DNA of 64,000 bases from an uncultured Bacteroidota bacterium (GTDB lineage Bacteria > Bacteroidota > Bacteroidia > UKL13-3): positions 348-64,347 of the forward strand of contig CAIVZR010000097.1 of assembly GCA_903910445.1 (NCBI GenBank). Direction: 5' to 3'. Below, in pieces: positions 10,256 through 18,950 of this stretch. A program made the translations under genes and the position numbers. Each line of letters begins with the position of its first letter. Position 1 is the first letter of the stretch. The notes under the pieces are model-generated. The model was not told the origin of the DNA, did no database searches, and saw nothing but the letters and a program-made list of their open reading frames with translations.

Positions 10256-11464
10256 TTAATTCATAATCTGAATTTTTCGCAGTAGTATTCCGTTAATCGA
10301 AATAAGCTGAATTACATAGAAACCTGATTTTGAAATTTCTAATATAAACGAGTTGCAATATGGTGTTGAGCTAAAAATTATGGAGCCAGACATGTCAAAT
10401 ACTATTGCTTTCTCAATTATAGCATCTCCATTAATTTCAATTTTTCCAGTGGAAGGATTTGGGTAGAATTTATATTTTAAGGAACAGTCAGATCCTTCTC
10501 TAATGGCTGAAAGTGCCGCCCCATTTCTTACACAGATAATATAATTCTTATTGGTTTTTTCTAAATAAGTAGTAATGCCAAAATGAGTATCCAGATACCA
10601 GGCTTTACTTGTTTGATTCGGAAGTGTAGTCGATGACCAGTAATTTCCAATTTTCATACCAGTAAAAAAAGTTAGATTGACTGACGGGTTTATTTGTCCT
10701 TCATCATTTATTGATTGCAGCTCCTTAATGTCAGGTAAGCGCCAATCGGAATATCCGGCAAATGACAATCCTTCTGCATCAATGAGCGCTTGCTCCCAAG
10801 TAACAGAGTCAATAAGTGGTACTTGCTTCCACATCAGACCAGTAAGTAAATCGGTAACTGTACCATCGTTATTGTTTATAAAATGATTGGGAATGGTTGA
10901 GGGGTTTGAAATATCTCGTACTGCTCTAACATGAAATTTTTTTGTTCCGCCGGCACTAATTGTTTCTAATTTGGGGTGATTTCCGATACCTCCACCAGCA
11001 TTCGTGCACCATACTTTTGATGCATCATTTGCTTGTTTCTGGCTGCTCCACCAGTACTCTGCCAAGGAGGCGGTGAAATAGGTAGTGTTCAATGCAGGGT
11101 TCGCTTTACTATGATTAAGTATGCTAAAGAGCTCATGGCAATTTGGTAAACGCCAGTCGCTAAATCCGCCCAAAGTTAGTGTATCGCAATAGATTGTTGC
11201 ATTCTCAATCGTCATTTCCCCACCATCGGTTTTTTGCCACATCAATCCAGTTACAGTATCTGTAACGGTACCATTCCCGTTTAGAATAAAGAATGGCGGA
11301 TTGAAATTGTAATCGGCATCTTCTCCAAAGGTTGTAGTATAACTGGTCGTTTGACCAGTTCCTGGCAACCGCTTCATGGTTTTTAAAACAGGTTGAGCAG
11401 ATAATAAAACACATATTATTAGAGGAAATATGTTCAGGATGAACTTTGTTGTTTTATTTAACAT
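10256..11464 (-). CDS. Secreted protein with two DUF1566 (Lcl C-terminal-like) domains and a T9SS C-terminal sorting domain
   Basis: Signal peptide. GLMWQK...GGFSDWRLPNCHEL and GLMWKQ...AGYSDWRLPDIKEL are DUF1566 signatures. The tail KYKFYPNPSTGKIEI...GFYVIQL is a type-A T9SS CTD. Confidence 0.7.
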   Translation of the reverse strand: MLNKTTKFILNIFPLIICVLLSAQPVLKTMKRLPGTGQTTSYTTTFGEDADYNFNPPFFILNGNGTVTDTVTGLMWQKTDGGEMTIENATIYCDTLTLGGFSDWRLPNCHELFSILNHSKANPALNTTYFTASLAEYWWSSQKQANDASKVWCTNAGGGIGNHPKLETISAGGTKKFHVRAVRDISNPSTIPNHFINNNDGTVTDLLTGLMWKQVPLIDSVTWEQALIDAEGLSFAGYSDWRLPDIKELQSINDEGQINPSVNLTFFTGMKIGNYWSSTTLPNQTSKAWYLDTHFGITTYLEKTNKNYIICVRNGAALSAIREGSDCSLKYKFYPNPSTGKIEINGDAIIEKAIVFDMSGSIIFSSTPYCNSFILEISKSGFYVIQLISINGILLRKIQIMN

Positions 11465-11530
11465 ATTATCAATTTAAATAGTATTAAATACTATGCTTTA
11501 TATTTTATGGTTTTCACGATATTCAATTTT

Positions 11531-12085
11531 TTAGGTCAAGAATCTTTCAACGGCCCAAAATAGGGCAATCGATGAAATTATTATTGATAATGGTTTAACA
11601 AATTTTGTTTGATACCATACTTTTTTTTGAATCAAACGAGCGACAAAAAAGTAACAAAACGCAATTACAGTTAATTGTGCGGCTTCCACTCCAAGGTTAA
11701 ATGCGAGCAATGCGATGAGAAATTTGTTTTGAGGAATTCCTATTTCGTTAAGTGCAGATGCAAATCCTAAACCATGTAATAATCCAAATAGGAAGATGAA
11801 AGCCAATCGCCAAACTTGCAATTTAGTTTCTATTAAATTCTCCAATGCAACAAAAAAGATGGAGAGTGCAATAGTTCCTTCAATAACACTGGAATTAAAA
11901 TTCAAATACCCTAAAGTAGCTAAAGCCAAGGTGCTTGAATGCGCAATGGTAAAGATTGAACATTGTATTATAGCACTTTTGATTTTTGAATTAAAGAAAA
12001 ATAGAGAGATTATAAACAGCATATGATCGTAACCAAAAGGGATTACGTGTTCAAATCCTAGGCTGAAATAACTCGGAAATATCAT
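11531..12085 (-). CDS. HupE/UreJ-2 family membrane protein (putative Ni/Co-type metal permease)
   Basis: 184 aa with 5-6 TM segments, an N-terminal FEHVIPFGYDHMLF (HxxxGxDH-like) motif and a second LLHGLGFASAL motif. It starts 5 bp after the stop of the YHYH gene. Confidence 0.5.
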   Translation of the reverse strand: MIFPSYFSLGFEHVIPFGYDHMLFIISLFFFNSKIKSAIIQCSIFTIAHSSTLALATLGYLNFNSSVIEGTIALSIFFVALENLIETKLQVWRLAFIFLFGLLHGLGFASALNEIGIPQNKFLIALLAFNLGVEAAQLTVIAFCYFFVARLIQKKVWYQTKFVKPLSIIISSIALFWAVERFLT

Positions 12086-12090
12086 TTCAT

Positions 12091-13707
12091 TTAATTAATT
12101 ATTAGTTTGGCAGTATAGGTAGTGTTTAAAGTTTGAATAAGTATAATATATACCCCTTTTTGGAAATTACTGGTGTTTATCTTTTCAGTAAATGAGGGAG
12201 TATCGTAAACCACTTTGCCACTGCTTGTAAAAATTGAAACTTTTGTTATCTCATTTAATGCGATTTCATTACTAACATTAATAAATAGGTCCTTGCTATT
12301 TGGATTTGGATAAATTTGGATTTTGTTTTTACTGGTGTTATCGCTTTTTACTCCCTGAGTTAAAATACATGGCTTAAATCCATTATAATTTGAAGTCGTG
12401 GTGCCACCTGGACTGATAAAATTGAAGGTATAGACACCATTGCTAGTCCAGCTATAGCTCACCTTGTAAGTTTGCCCATTGAGAGTATATGAAAGAATAT
12501 ATCCATTGGTTCCATTAGCGATACAACTTGTTATCACGGCACCTTTTAATGGAGTACCTGCTGGCCTTATTGGATTAGCAGATGCTTGAGGAATTATTTG
12601 ATGCGTGGTGTCTTCAGTAATTTGCCCTACCATATTTCCAATCATATAAGGTGCAGTTGCAGTTCCATGATAATGGTAAACACCATTGGTTCCATAGTGT
12701 CCATGATTGGTATCAAGCGATTTCATTGATGAACCATCGGGTTCATAACTTCCATATACCGCATAGCCATCCAAGCCATAAGCAATAGGAAGTGTTTTGC
12801 TGGTAGTGCCATATAAATGTAAGGGTGCAGTGTGGTAGTGATAATCATCAGCACGACCGCAATGACCTCCCCAATTATCAAGTTGCCCGTCTAAATAAGC
12901 ATCGACTCCTGTATTTGTGTAAGGATTGAAAATTGCGATACCATTTACAGCAATTGCAATAGCTCCACGTGAAAAATGAGATGGATTAACAGGCACGGGA
13001 ACCGAAGCAATCACAGGGTTTAATGGAATACTCCACGCATTTGAACCAATATAACATTGTGGAATTGGCACTTGTTGTTGCCAGCCAGTAATTCCAGTCA
13101 TCATGGCATGAGTCGTTGGGATGCCTTGTGATTCAACATAGAAGTAGTTATTATCCCAATGTGTCACAATATTGGGTTTAAATGGAGTGAAAGCTGAGTC
13201 AACACTTATTGGATTACTTGTTGAGTTTATCCTTCTTATATAATTTGATGTGAAACTATAACCGACAGAAACTAAACCAACTATTAAGAAATAGTTTAGA
13301 TATTTTAGCTGAACTATTTTGAACCTAAGATAAATGATTGCCCAAATTACCAAAAGAATCACTGTAATTATTCCAGCTCTTAAAAAGTTGAAAGATGGTT
13401 TTGATATTGGGCTAGATACGGTCGGTGTTTCAATTTGAGCATTAAGTTGCTCAATAGCGGTATACCTTTTAATTATATAGGCTTGATCTTTTGCTGAGAA
13501 TGATGACAAAGGATAATGTATCGTTATGTTATCTGACAATTGAAGATAAACCTCATTGTGTTTTACCATCAATAATGAAGCCTTAACCTTTTGATGATTG
13601 TTCAGATCCCATTCGTGAAGTTTGAGTTGATGCATATCCAAGTTGTGGCTGAACATGGCAACATTCAAGAGTATGGCAACTATGGTACTTATAAATTTAC
13701 GATACAT
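12091..13707 (-). CDS. YHYH-motif domain protein with a T9SS C-terminal sorting domain
   Basis: Two YHYH boxes (GRADDYHYHTAPLHLY and NGVYHYHGT) separated by a His-rich stretch (DTNHGHYG). Hydrophobic segments lie at residues ~110-160. The C-terminus IQIYPNPNSKDLFI...YTAKLIIN is a T9SS CTD. Confidence 0.6.
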   Translation of the reverse strand: MYRKFISTIVAILLNVAMFSHNLDMHQLKLHEWDLNNHQKVKASLLMVKHNEVYLQLSDNITIHYPLSSFSAKDQAYIIKRYTAIEQLNAQIETPTVSSPISKPSFNFLRAGIITVILLVIWAIIYLRFKIVQLKYLNYFLIVGLVSVGYSFTSNYIRRINSTSNPISVDSAFTPFKPNIVTHWDNNYFYVESQGIPTTHAMMTGITGWQQQVPIPQCYIGSNAWSIPLNPVIASVPVPVNPSHFSRGAIAIAVNGIAIFNPYTNTGVDAYLDGQLDNWGGHCGRADDYHYHTAPLHLYGTTSKTLPIAYGLDGYAVYGSYEPDGSSMKSLDTNHGHYGTNGVYHYHGTATAPYMIGNMVGQITEDTTHQIIPQASANPIRPAGTPLKGAVITSCIANGTNGYILSYTLNGQTYKVSYSWTSNGVYTFNFISPGGTTTSNYNGFKPCILTQGVKSDNTSKNKIQIYPNPNSKDLFINVSNEIALNEITKVSIFTSSGKVVYDTPSFTEKINTSNFQKGVYIILIQTLNTTYTAKLIIN

Positions 13708-13789
13708 AATATCACTAATAGGTTATTTGTTTTAAATTATTTAGACGACATACTTGAAATTTTCACGCGATAATTAATTAATTTATTTA

Positions 13790-15505
13790 TTAACGGAGCA
13801 GTATAATCTTCTCACTTTGCATTCCAATTTTATCACCCGTTAGAATAAAATAATAGTTACCTGCAGGCAATGGCATTCCAAAGCCATTATTCCCATCCCA
13901 AATAATTTGAAATTTCCCTTCAGGAACGATACTCTCATCTATTAATTTTCGAACGGGCATTCCATTCTCATTATAAATGACAAGATTTATTAAATCAGCG
14001 GTCTTTAATAAAAACTCAATTTTAGTTTCTGTTTGAAATGGATTCGGATATATTAGCTCTTCAGAATAATTACTATTCCAAAGTACTGGAACGCCCGTCG
14101 ATGCAGAATCGTAGCAATTCTTAACACCAATAAAATAAGTTGCAGAAACATCCTTATTATGGCGTGTCCCAGTTTCATTAGCCGCTTTGTAAGCTCTTAC
14201 ATATTCAACTTTAACGCCTAAGGGGCTTACTGTTACTCTAAGGTGACCAGAGTTAGGAAGAATTTGTCCTTGAAAATACCCATATGCATTTGCCTGGGCC
14301 GCGCTCGCAAAATTAGGGTGACTAGGTTGAGGCGTTTCTTGATAAATCATACAGTCTTTTTCCTGCTTACCAAAGAAATGATCATGACCATGAAAGAAAA
14401 TATTCACTCTGTTTTCTGCTAATAAATCTTTAATAGGTTTGTACCACCCTGGCCGATTTGTTGCGAAACCACTGGTGCCATCGAGATTCTTGCCTCCCCA
14501 TTCATAACGGTCGGCAAACTCTACCCCACCACGACCTTCAGGGTCTCCTCCAATAATTTGATGAGAGAAAACAAACTTGAATTTCGCTTTGCTGTTTTCT
14601 AATGTAGATTTTAACCAATCATATTGAACCTTGCCCAAGGTCCAACGCCAGCCATTAAGGGAATCGGGTTTTACCTGAGTATACCAATAAGGGTCGAGTA
14701 CTATAAAGAGCGCATCACCCCAAGTCCAGGCATAATAATTTTGTCGCTGCCCAATATATTTATTGGTGGTTGTATCCCCTGTATAAAAGTTATCAGGAGC
14801 AGGATTTACAAAGTACTTCTTGCGTTCTATAGCATCCCAAACTGCAATATTATTTGCCGTTCCGTTATTATACCAGCCCGCTTCACCCTCGTGGTTGCCA
14901 AGTGCAATAAATACTGGAACTGAATGAGAAGCGGTTTCATAGGCTTTTCGTAAAAGGTTGCAACGGTATGGAATCGTATCATGAGGAACTACTTTGGAGG
15001 CATTCCATAACTTATCAGTCATTAAAAAATCACCAAGGTCTATCATGAAATCGGGATTATCTTCCAGCTGATTTCTTAAGCAGCGTTGATAGATTGCAGT
15101 ATCAGTTTGTTCGTCCATATGCGGGTCTGCTTGCACTACAAAAGTAAATGTGCTTCCGGCTGATCGTTGCGTTTGAAAAGTATATTCAGGCCTGCTGGTA
15201 TAATTAGTTAAGCCAGGCTTTCGATAGTTAACTCTATAAAAATATTTTGTATTAGCACTTAATCCAATAATATTTATTTCGGCAGATGCGCTATCACTAA
15301 ATCGCTGCCATGATGTTTGATTGGAATATGTTCCAGAACTTGTGCCATATTGCACTTGTACCTCAGCCGAATCTTTGAACATCACTTGGACCGTAATACT
15401 ATGATCAGTGGGGCGCCCAAGCATTTCTAAATGAAGGATTGTTTGACTTTGTATGCAGGTTTTTATTAGGAAGAGTAAGATCAGAAGGGTAAAGGGTTTT
15501 TTCAT
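13790..15505 (-). CDS. Purple-acid-phosphatase-like metallophosphoesterase, T9SS cargo (paralog 1)
   Basis: Signal peptide, then an Fn3-like PAP N-terminal domain (..NTKYFYRV). Metallophosphoesterase motifs follow in order: ADPH, GDF, GNHEGE, SHQ, GHDHFF. It has a C-terminal T9SS CTD (LIYPNPFQTETKIEF...YYFIL). Confidence 0.8.
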   Translation of the reverse strand: MKKPFTLLILLFLIKTCIQSQTILHLEMLGRPTDHSITVQVMFKDSAEVQVQYGTSSGTYSNQTSWQRFSDSASAEINIIGLSANTKYFYRVNYRKPGLTNYTSRPEYTFQTQRSAGSTFTFVVQADPHMDEQTDTAIYQRCLRNQLEDNPDFMIDLGDFLMTDKLWNASKVVPHDTIPYRCNLLRKAYETASHSVPVFIALGNHEGEAGWYNNGTANNIAVWDAIERKKYFVNPAPDNFYTGDTTTNKYIGQRQNYYAWTWGDALFIVLDPYWYTQVKPDSLNGWRWTLGKVQYDWLKSTLENSKAKFKFVFSHQIIGGDPEGRGGVEFADRYEWGGKNLDGTSGFATNRPGWYKPIKDLLAENRVNIFFHGHDHFFGKQEKDCMIYQETPQPSHPNFASAAQANAYGYFQGQILPNSGHLRVTVSPLGVKVEYVRAYKAANETGTRHNKDVSATYFIGVKNCYDSASTGVPVLWNSNYSEELIYPNPFQTETKIEFLLKTADLINLVIYNENGMPVRKLIDESIVPEGKFQIIWDGNNGFGMPLPAGNYYFILTGDKIGMQSEKIILLR

Positions 15506-15538
15506 CTATTCTGAGGTGTTGTATGGATTTAAATTTAA

Positions 15539-17227
15539 TTAATGATTGACAATTACTTTTCGAACAACATGGCTTTTTTCTGTGTCGACATGAATGGTGT
15601 ATATTCCATTAGGAATATCTTTTAAATTTATTACCTCTGAATGTGATGGCAATACAATTTGACCTAATGCGTTCACCAAATTTATTTGATGAATGATGAT
15701 GGATTCATCCATTTTAATTGAAATTTGATCATTGGCTGGGTTAGGGAATACCTGGAAGGCTTCATCTAGATTTGGATTTTCAATTCCTGAATTAGCGCAT
15801 TTGCCAATGGTGTATGAAAACCCAATTTCTCCATTTTTATGTATTCCACTAAGCGTATCGGCTGGTAAATAAGCTCTCACAAAATCTACTTTTATGCATG
15901 TAGGATTAACTGTAACTCTAATATGCCCAGTGCCAGGAATTGTATCAGCAGTGTATGCACCTGCATTAGCGAGCATTCCAATCTGGTATGTAGAGTCGGC
16001 AGCCATGGGGACTTCCTGGTAGGTTACACTATCAAGTATTTCATGGGCAAACAGATGATCATGGCCTTGAAAGAAAATATTTACATGGTTATCGATGAAG
16101 AGCTGATGAATTGTTTTGGGCCAGCCCGGTCGATAAGTGGCAAATTTGTTGGTATTGCCATCAAGGCCACCCCATTCGAATTGGGTAGCATTGGTAATTC
16201 CCCCTCGGCCTTGTCCACGAATATGATGTGCAAATACAAATTTATATTTTGATGTGCTGGATTCGAGTGTGTTTTTAAGCCAGGTATATTGAGGTAAACC
16301 TAGCGACCACGCCCATTTTTGAGGCTTACTGGAGGTGTCGCATTCGTCGCGATAAACGTCAAGAACAATAAATTGTGCATCTCCCCAGGTCCATGCAAAG
16401 TAGTTCTCTGGATTCCCAATACCATAGGGTTCATTATCAGTATTTCCACTGTAAAAGCCGTTCGGATAAGGATTTGGATAATAATATTTTCGCCATTGAG
16501 TTCCCCATACACAAAGGTTATTGGGAGGAGAAAAACTGTAGTAGTAGTCGTTCTCGCCTTCATGATTGCCAAGACAAATATAAAACGGTATAGAATGACA
16601 AACACTTCCTAAAAACGGCCTGTAGTCCTTATGAAGTGAATCAAGTTCTGCGGAGGTAATGGTGAACGGATTATGATCATCTCCAAAAATATCACCCAAA
16701 GAAAGCATGAAGTCGGGATTATCCTTTGCTTGATTATTTAATGTAACCTGATACATGCTTTTTACACCTTTAATATCGTATAAATGCTCATCCGCTTCAA
16801 TTGTGAAAGTGAAAGTACTTCCTTTAGATCTAGCAGTATGAAAAGAATATTCTGGAGAAGGGACGAATGTGCCCGTACTTGTTAGGTGGTAAAGTACTCT
16901 ATAAAAATATTTGGTGTCAGGAAGCAAGGGATGTAAATCAATCTCGTCAGGCTGGTTGGCTTTACCTGCATATTGTTTTGAAACCTGCGTGTAATTTCCC
17001 GAATTGATTCCAAATTCAAAATAGTAAATCATGTTTTGATCAAATACGATACTGGCAGTAATGGAGGTATCGGTAGGCCTACCCAAAATTATAGATTTAG
17101 TTTGCGAATAACTGCTTTCATAAAGAGTAAAAAGACTAATAATGATTAAAATTATTCGCAAAATGAATGTATGTTTGAGTTTTAGGCACTCATAGTTAGA
17201 TTCTAAGTCACACTTGTGATAATTCAT
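15539..17227 (-). CDS. Purple-acid-phosphatase-like metallophosphoesterase, T9SS cargo (paralog 2)
   Basis: Same architecture as its neighbour (..DTKYFYRV; ADEH, GDIFGDD, GNHEGE, AHH, GHDHLF), with a T9SS CTD (FQVFPNPANDQISIK...GIYTIHV). The proteins are roughly 35-40% identical by eye. Confidence 0.8.
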   Translation of the reverse strand: MNYHKCDLESNYECLKLKHTFILRIILIIISLFTLYESSYSQTKSIILGRPTDTSITASIVFDQNMIYYFEFGINSGNYTQVSKQYAGKANQPDEIDLHPLLPDTKYFYRVLYHLTSTGTFVPSPEYSFHTARSKGSTFTFTIEADEHLYDIKGVKSMYQVTLNNQAKDNPDFMLSLGDIFGDDHNPFTITSAELDSLHKDYRPFLGSVCHSIPFYICLGNHEGENDYYYSFSPPNNLCVWGTQWRKYYYPNPYPNGFYSGNTDNEPYGIGNPENYFAWTWGDAQFIVLDVYRDECDTSSKPQKWAWSLGLPQYTWLKNTLESSTSKYKFVFAHHIRGQGRGGITNATQFEWGGLDGNTNKFATYRPGWPKTIHQLFIDNHVNIFFQGHDHLFAHEILDSVTYQEVPMAADSTYQIGMLANAGAYTADTIPGTGHIRVTVNPTCIKVDFVRAYLPADTLSGIHKNGEIGFSYTIGKCANSGIENPNLDEAFQVFPNPANDQISIKMDESIIIHQINLVNALGQIVLPSHSEVINLKDIPNGIYTIHVDTEKSHVVRKVIVNH

Positions 17228-17250
17228 ATTTGCGGGCTGGTTATTCTGAT

Positions 17251-17754
17251 TTAATTATTTGATTTCTTTTTTGGTTGATTGTCGGGTCTGAAATAATCTC
17301 GTATTTCTAGCACGAGATGCTCAAATTTCTCTAATTGTTCAGGAGTACATATTGCTTTGAGCTGTTGGGCTTGTTCATATCTCAGCAATTCCATTTTGTA
17401 CTCATTTTGTGAAATCTCAAGCGCCAAATTCTTTATCAATGTTTCATCGGTATTTTTATTAAACATGGAGGCATTCATGGAATCCCGCTCTTGACGGATA
17501 ATAATAGCAAGTTGGCGTTCCTTTTCAAAAAAGAAGGCGCGAAGATTTTTTATTTGTTCGGCTTGTTTTTCCGAAAGTTGCAACTCCTCTTTTAGAACCC
17601 CTGAAACATCTCTATATTCTGCTGAGGGAAATAATTCAGGTTCATGCCGATGACCATTAAATTTCCAAATCAAAATCCCAAAAAAAAGCGCATTTATGAA
17701 AACCAATAAGTAGGTTACCCGTTTCCACATTTTCTTTTCTGTGAATATTTCCAT
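17251..17754 (-). CDS. Membrane-anchored periplasmic LTXXQ-motif (Spy/CpxP-like) protein
   Basis: One N-terminal TM helix. LSEKQAEQIKNLR and EQAQQLKAICTPEQLEKFE resemble LTXXQ periplasmic repeats. It is the third gene of an ECF sigma / anti-sigma module. Confidence 0.5.
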   Translation of the reverse strand: MEIFTEKKMWKRVTYLLVFINALFFGILIWKFNGHRHEPELFPSAEYRDVSGVLKEELQLSEKQAEQIKNLRAFFFEKERQLAIIIRQERDSMNASMFNKNTDETLIKNLALEISQNEYKMELLRYEQAQQLKAICTPEQLEKFEHLVLEIRDYFRPDNQPKKKSNN

Positions 17755-17756
17755 GA

Positions 17757-18110
17757 TTAGTAAGAAGCGGAACTTGGATTAATTAATAATTCTTTTGAAA
17801 TAAGTTTCAACTTATTATCATTAGCATTTGACTCCCTCGGGTTAGTTGCCAGGAAAAATGACAATAACAAAACATTTATTATCACCAAAGAAGCCATCGT
17901 ATAGATTAATTTTTGAGGATCGTTCTTAGCAATCCCATCTTTTTTGAAATTGTATAATTTTTTTTGAAGGCTATCATTCCATTCAATAGAGGGTTGAATA
18001 GTATCAAGTGATTCAAAGTTGCTAAGAATCTTATCTATATTTTGATTTAATTCGGATTCATTCATGGTATTAATTCTTTTTTTGACGATATTTAGTTTCA
18101 ATTCACGCAC
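17757..18110 (-). CDS. Putative anti-sigma factor (single-pass membrane protein)
   Basis: 117 aa with one central TM segment (LIYTMASLVIINVLLLSFFLA). It lies 3 bp downstream of the ECF sigma gene on the same strand, the canonical position. Confidence 0.45.
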   Translation of the reverse strand: MRELKLNIVKKRINTMNESELNQNIDKILSNFESLDTIQPSIEWNDSLQKKLYNFKKDGIAKNDPQKLIYTMASLVIINVLLLSFFLATNPRESNANDNKLKLISKELLINPSSASY

Positions 18111-18112
18111 TT

Positions 18113-18682
18113 TTAATCAGAGTTTGATAAAATTTGTTTTAAATTTTCCCTCATTTTCACCTTTGCTCTGTAAACAAGTGACTCAACACTTCGGGTACTG
18201 GTTTGCATTATTTCGGCTATTTCTTGATTATTATATCCTTCAATTCTACCCAAGGTAAAGGCGATTCGTTGGTTATCAGGGAGTTTGTTTAATGCGATGT
18301 GTAGTTCTCTGTTTCTTTCTTTGTTTAAGATGGTTTCATCCGATTTACTGCCACCTTCCAACCAATTAGATATTTCATCTAGATGCAATATTTTGGCAAT
18401 GGATGAAAATCGTTTTTTTCGACGTTGTCTTTTCAATTCATCGATGCTTTTTGTCACTGCAATTCTATATATCCAGGTAGAAAGCTTGGAATCTCCCCTG
18501 AAAAATTGAATGGATTGAAATACCTCGACAAAAACTTCTTGGGCAATATCCTGAGCCTCTTCTTTATTTAATAAAAAACGGTAACAGGTGTTGATTACTT
18601 GAGATTGGTAAAGTTTAACCAACGATTTGAATGCAGATTCAGAACCGGCCTTTAGATTGTTTATAAACTCCAAATCATCCAT
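18113..18682 (-). CDS. ECF-type RNA polymerase sigma-70 factor
   Basis: 189 aa. Region 2 (AQDIAQEVFVEVFQS...FRGDSKLSTWIYRIAVTKSID) and region 4 (LPDNQRIAFTL..IEGYNNQEIAEIMQTSTRSVESLVYRAKVKMRENL). Confidence 0.9.
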   Translation of the reverse strand: MDDLEFINNLKAGSESAFKSLVKLYQSQVINTCYRFLLNKEEAQDIAQEVFVEVFQSIQFFRGDSKLSTWIYRIAVTKSIDELKRQRRKKRFSSIAKILHLDEISNWLEGGSKSDETILNKERNRELHIALNKLPDNQRIAFTLGRIEGYNNQEIAEIMQTSTRSVESLVYRAKVKMRENLKQILSNSD

Positions 18683-18950
18683 TCGATACTAAAAGCAGTA
18701 ATTCATTGCAAAATATTTATTATTTAGTTATTTCAAGAGCAGGGGCTTTCTTGAGATGCTATTTACTTTTTTCTAATTTTAGAATGTTTTAAAACTATTT
18801 AATAGAATTATAGGAGTAGTTTTACAATCCTGTCTTATGAAATAATTAATGGGGTTCGACAAATAAAAGTGTCGATGGTTTAATTCCTTTTTAGTTTTTT
18901 TTTAACGCTAACTTTTTGGTCTGGATTGTTTTTCCGGATGCGGTGTTACG

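Noticed and set aside
14624-16612. Several 97-109-aa ORFs (14624-14923, 15923-16252, 16319-16612, 16375-16593)
   Set aside because: All lie inside and antisense to, or frame-shifted within, the two phosphoesterase genes. They have no motifs and atypical composition.
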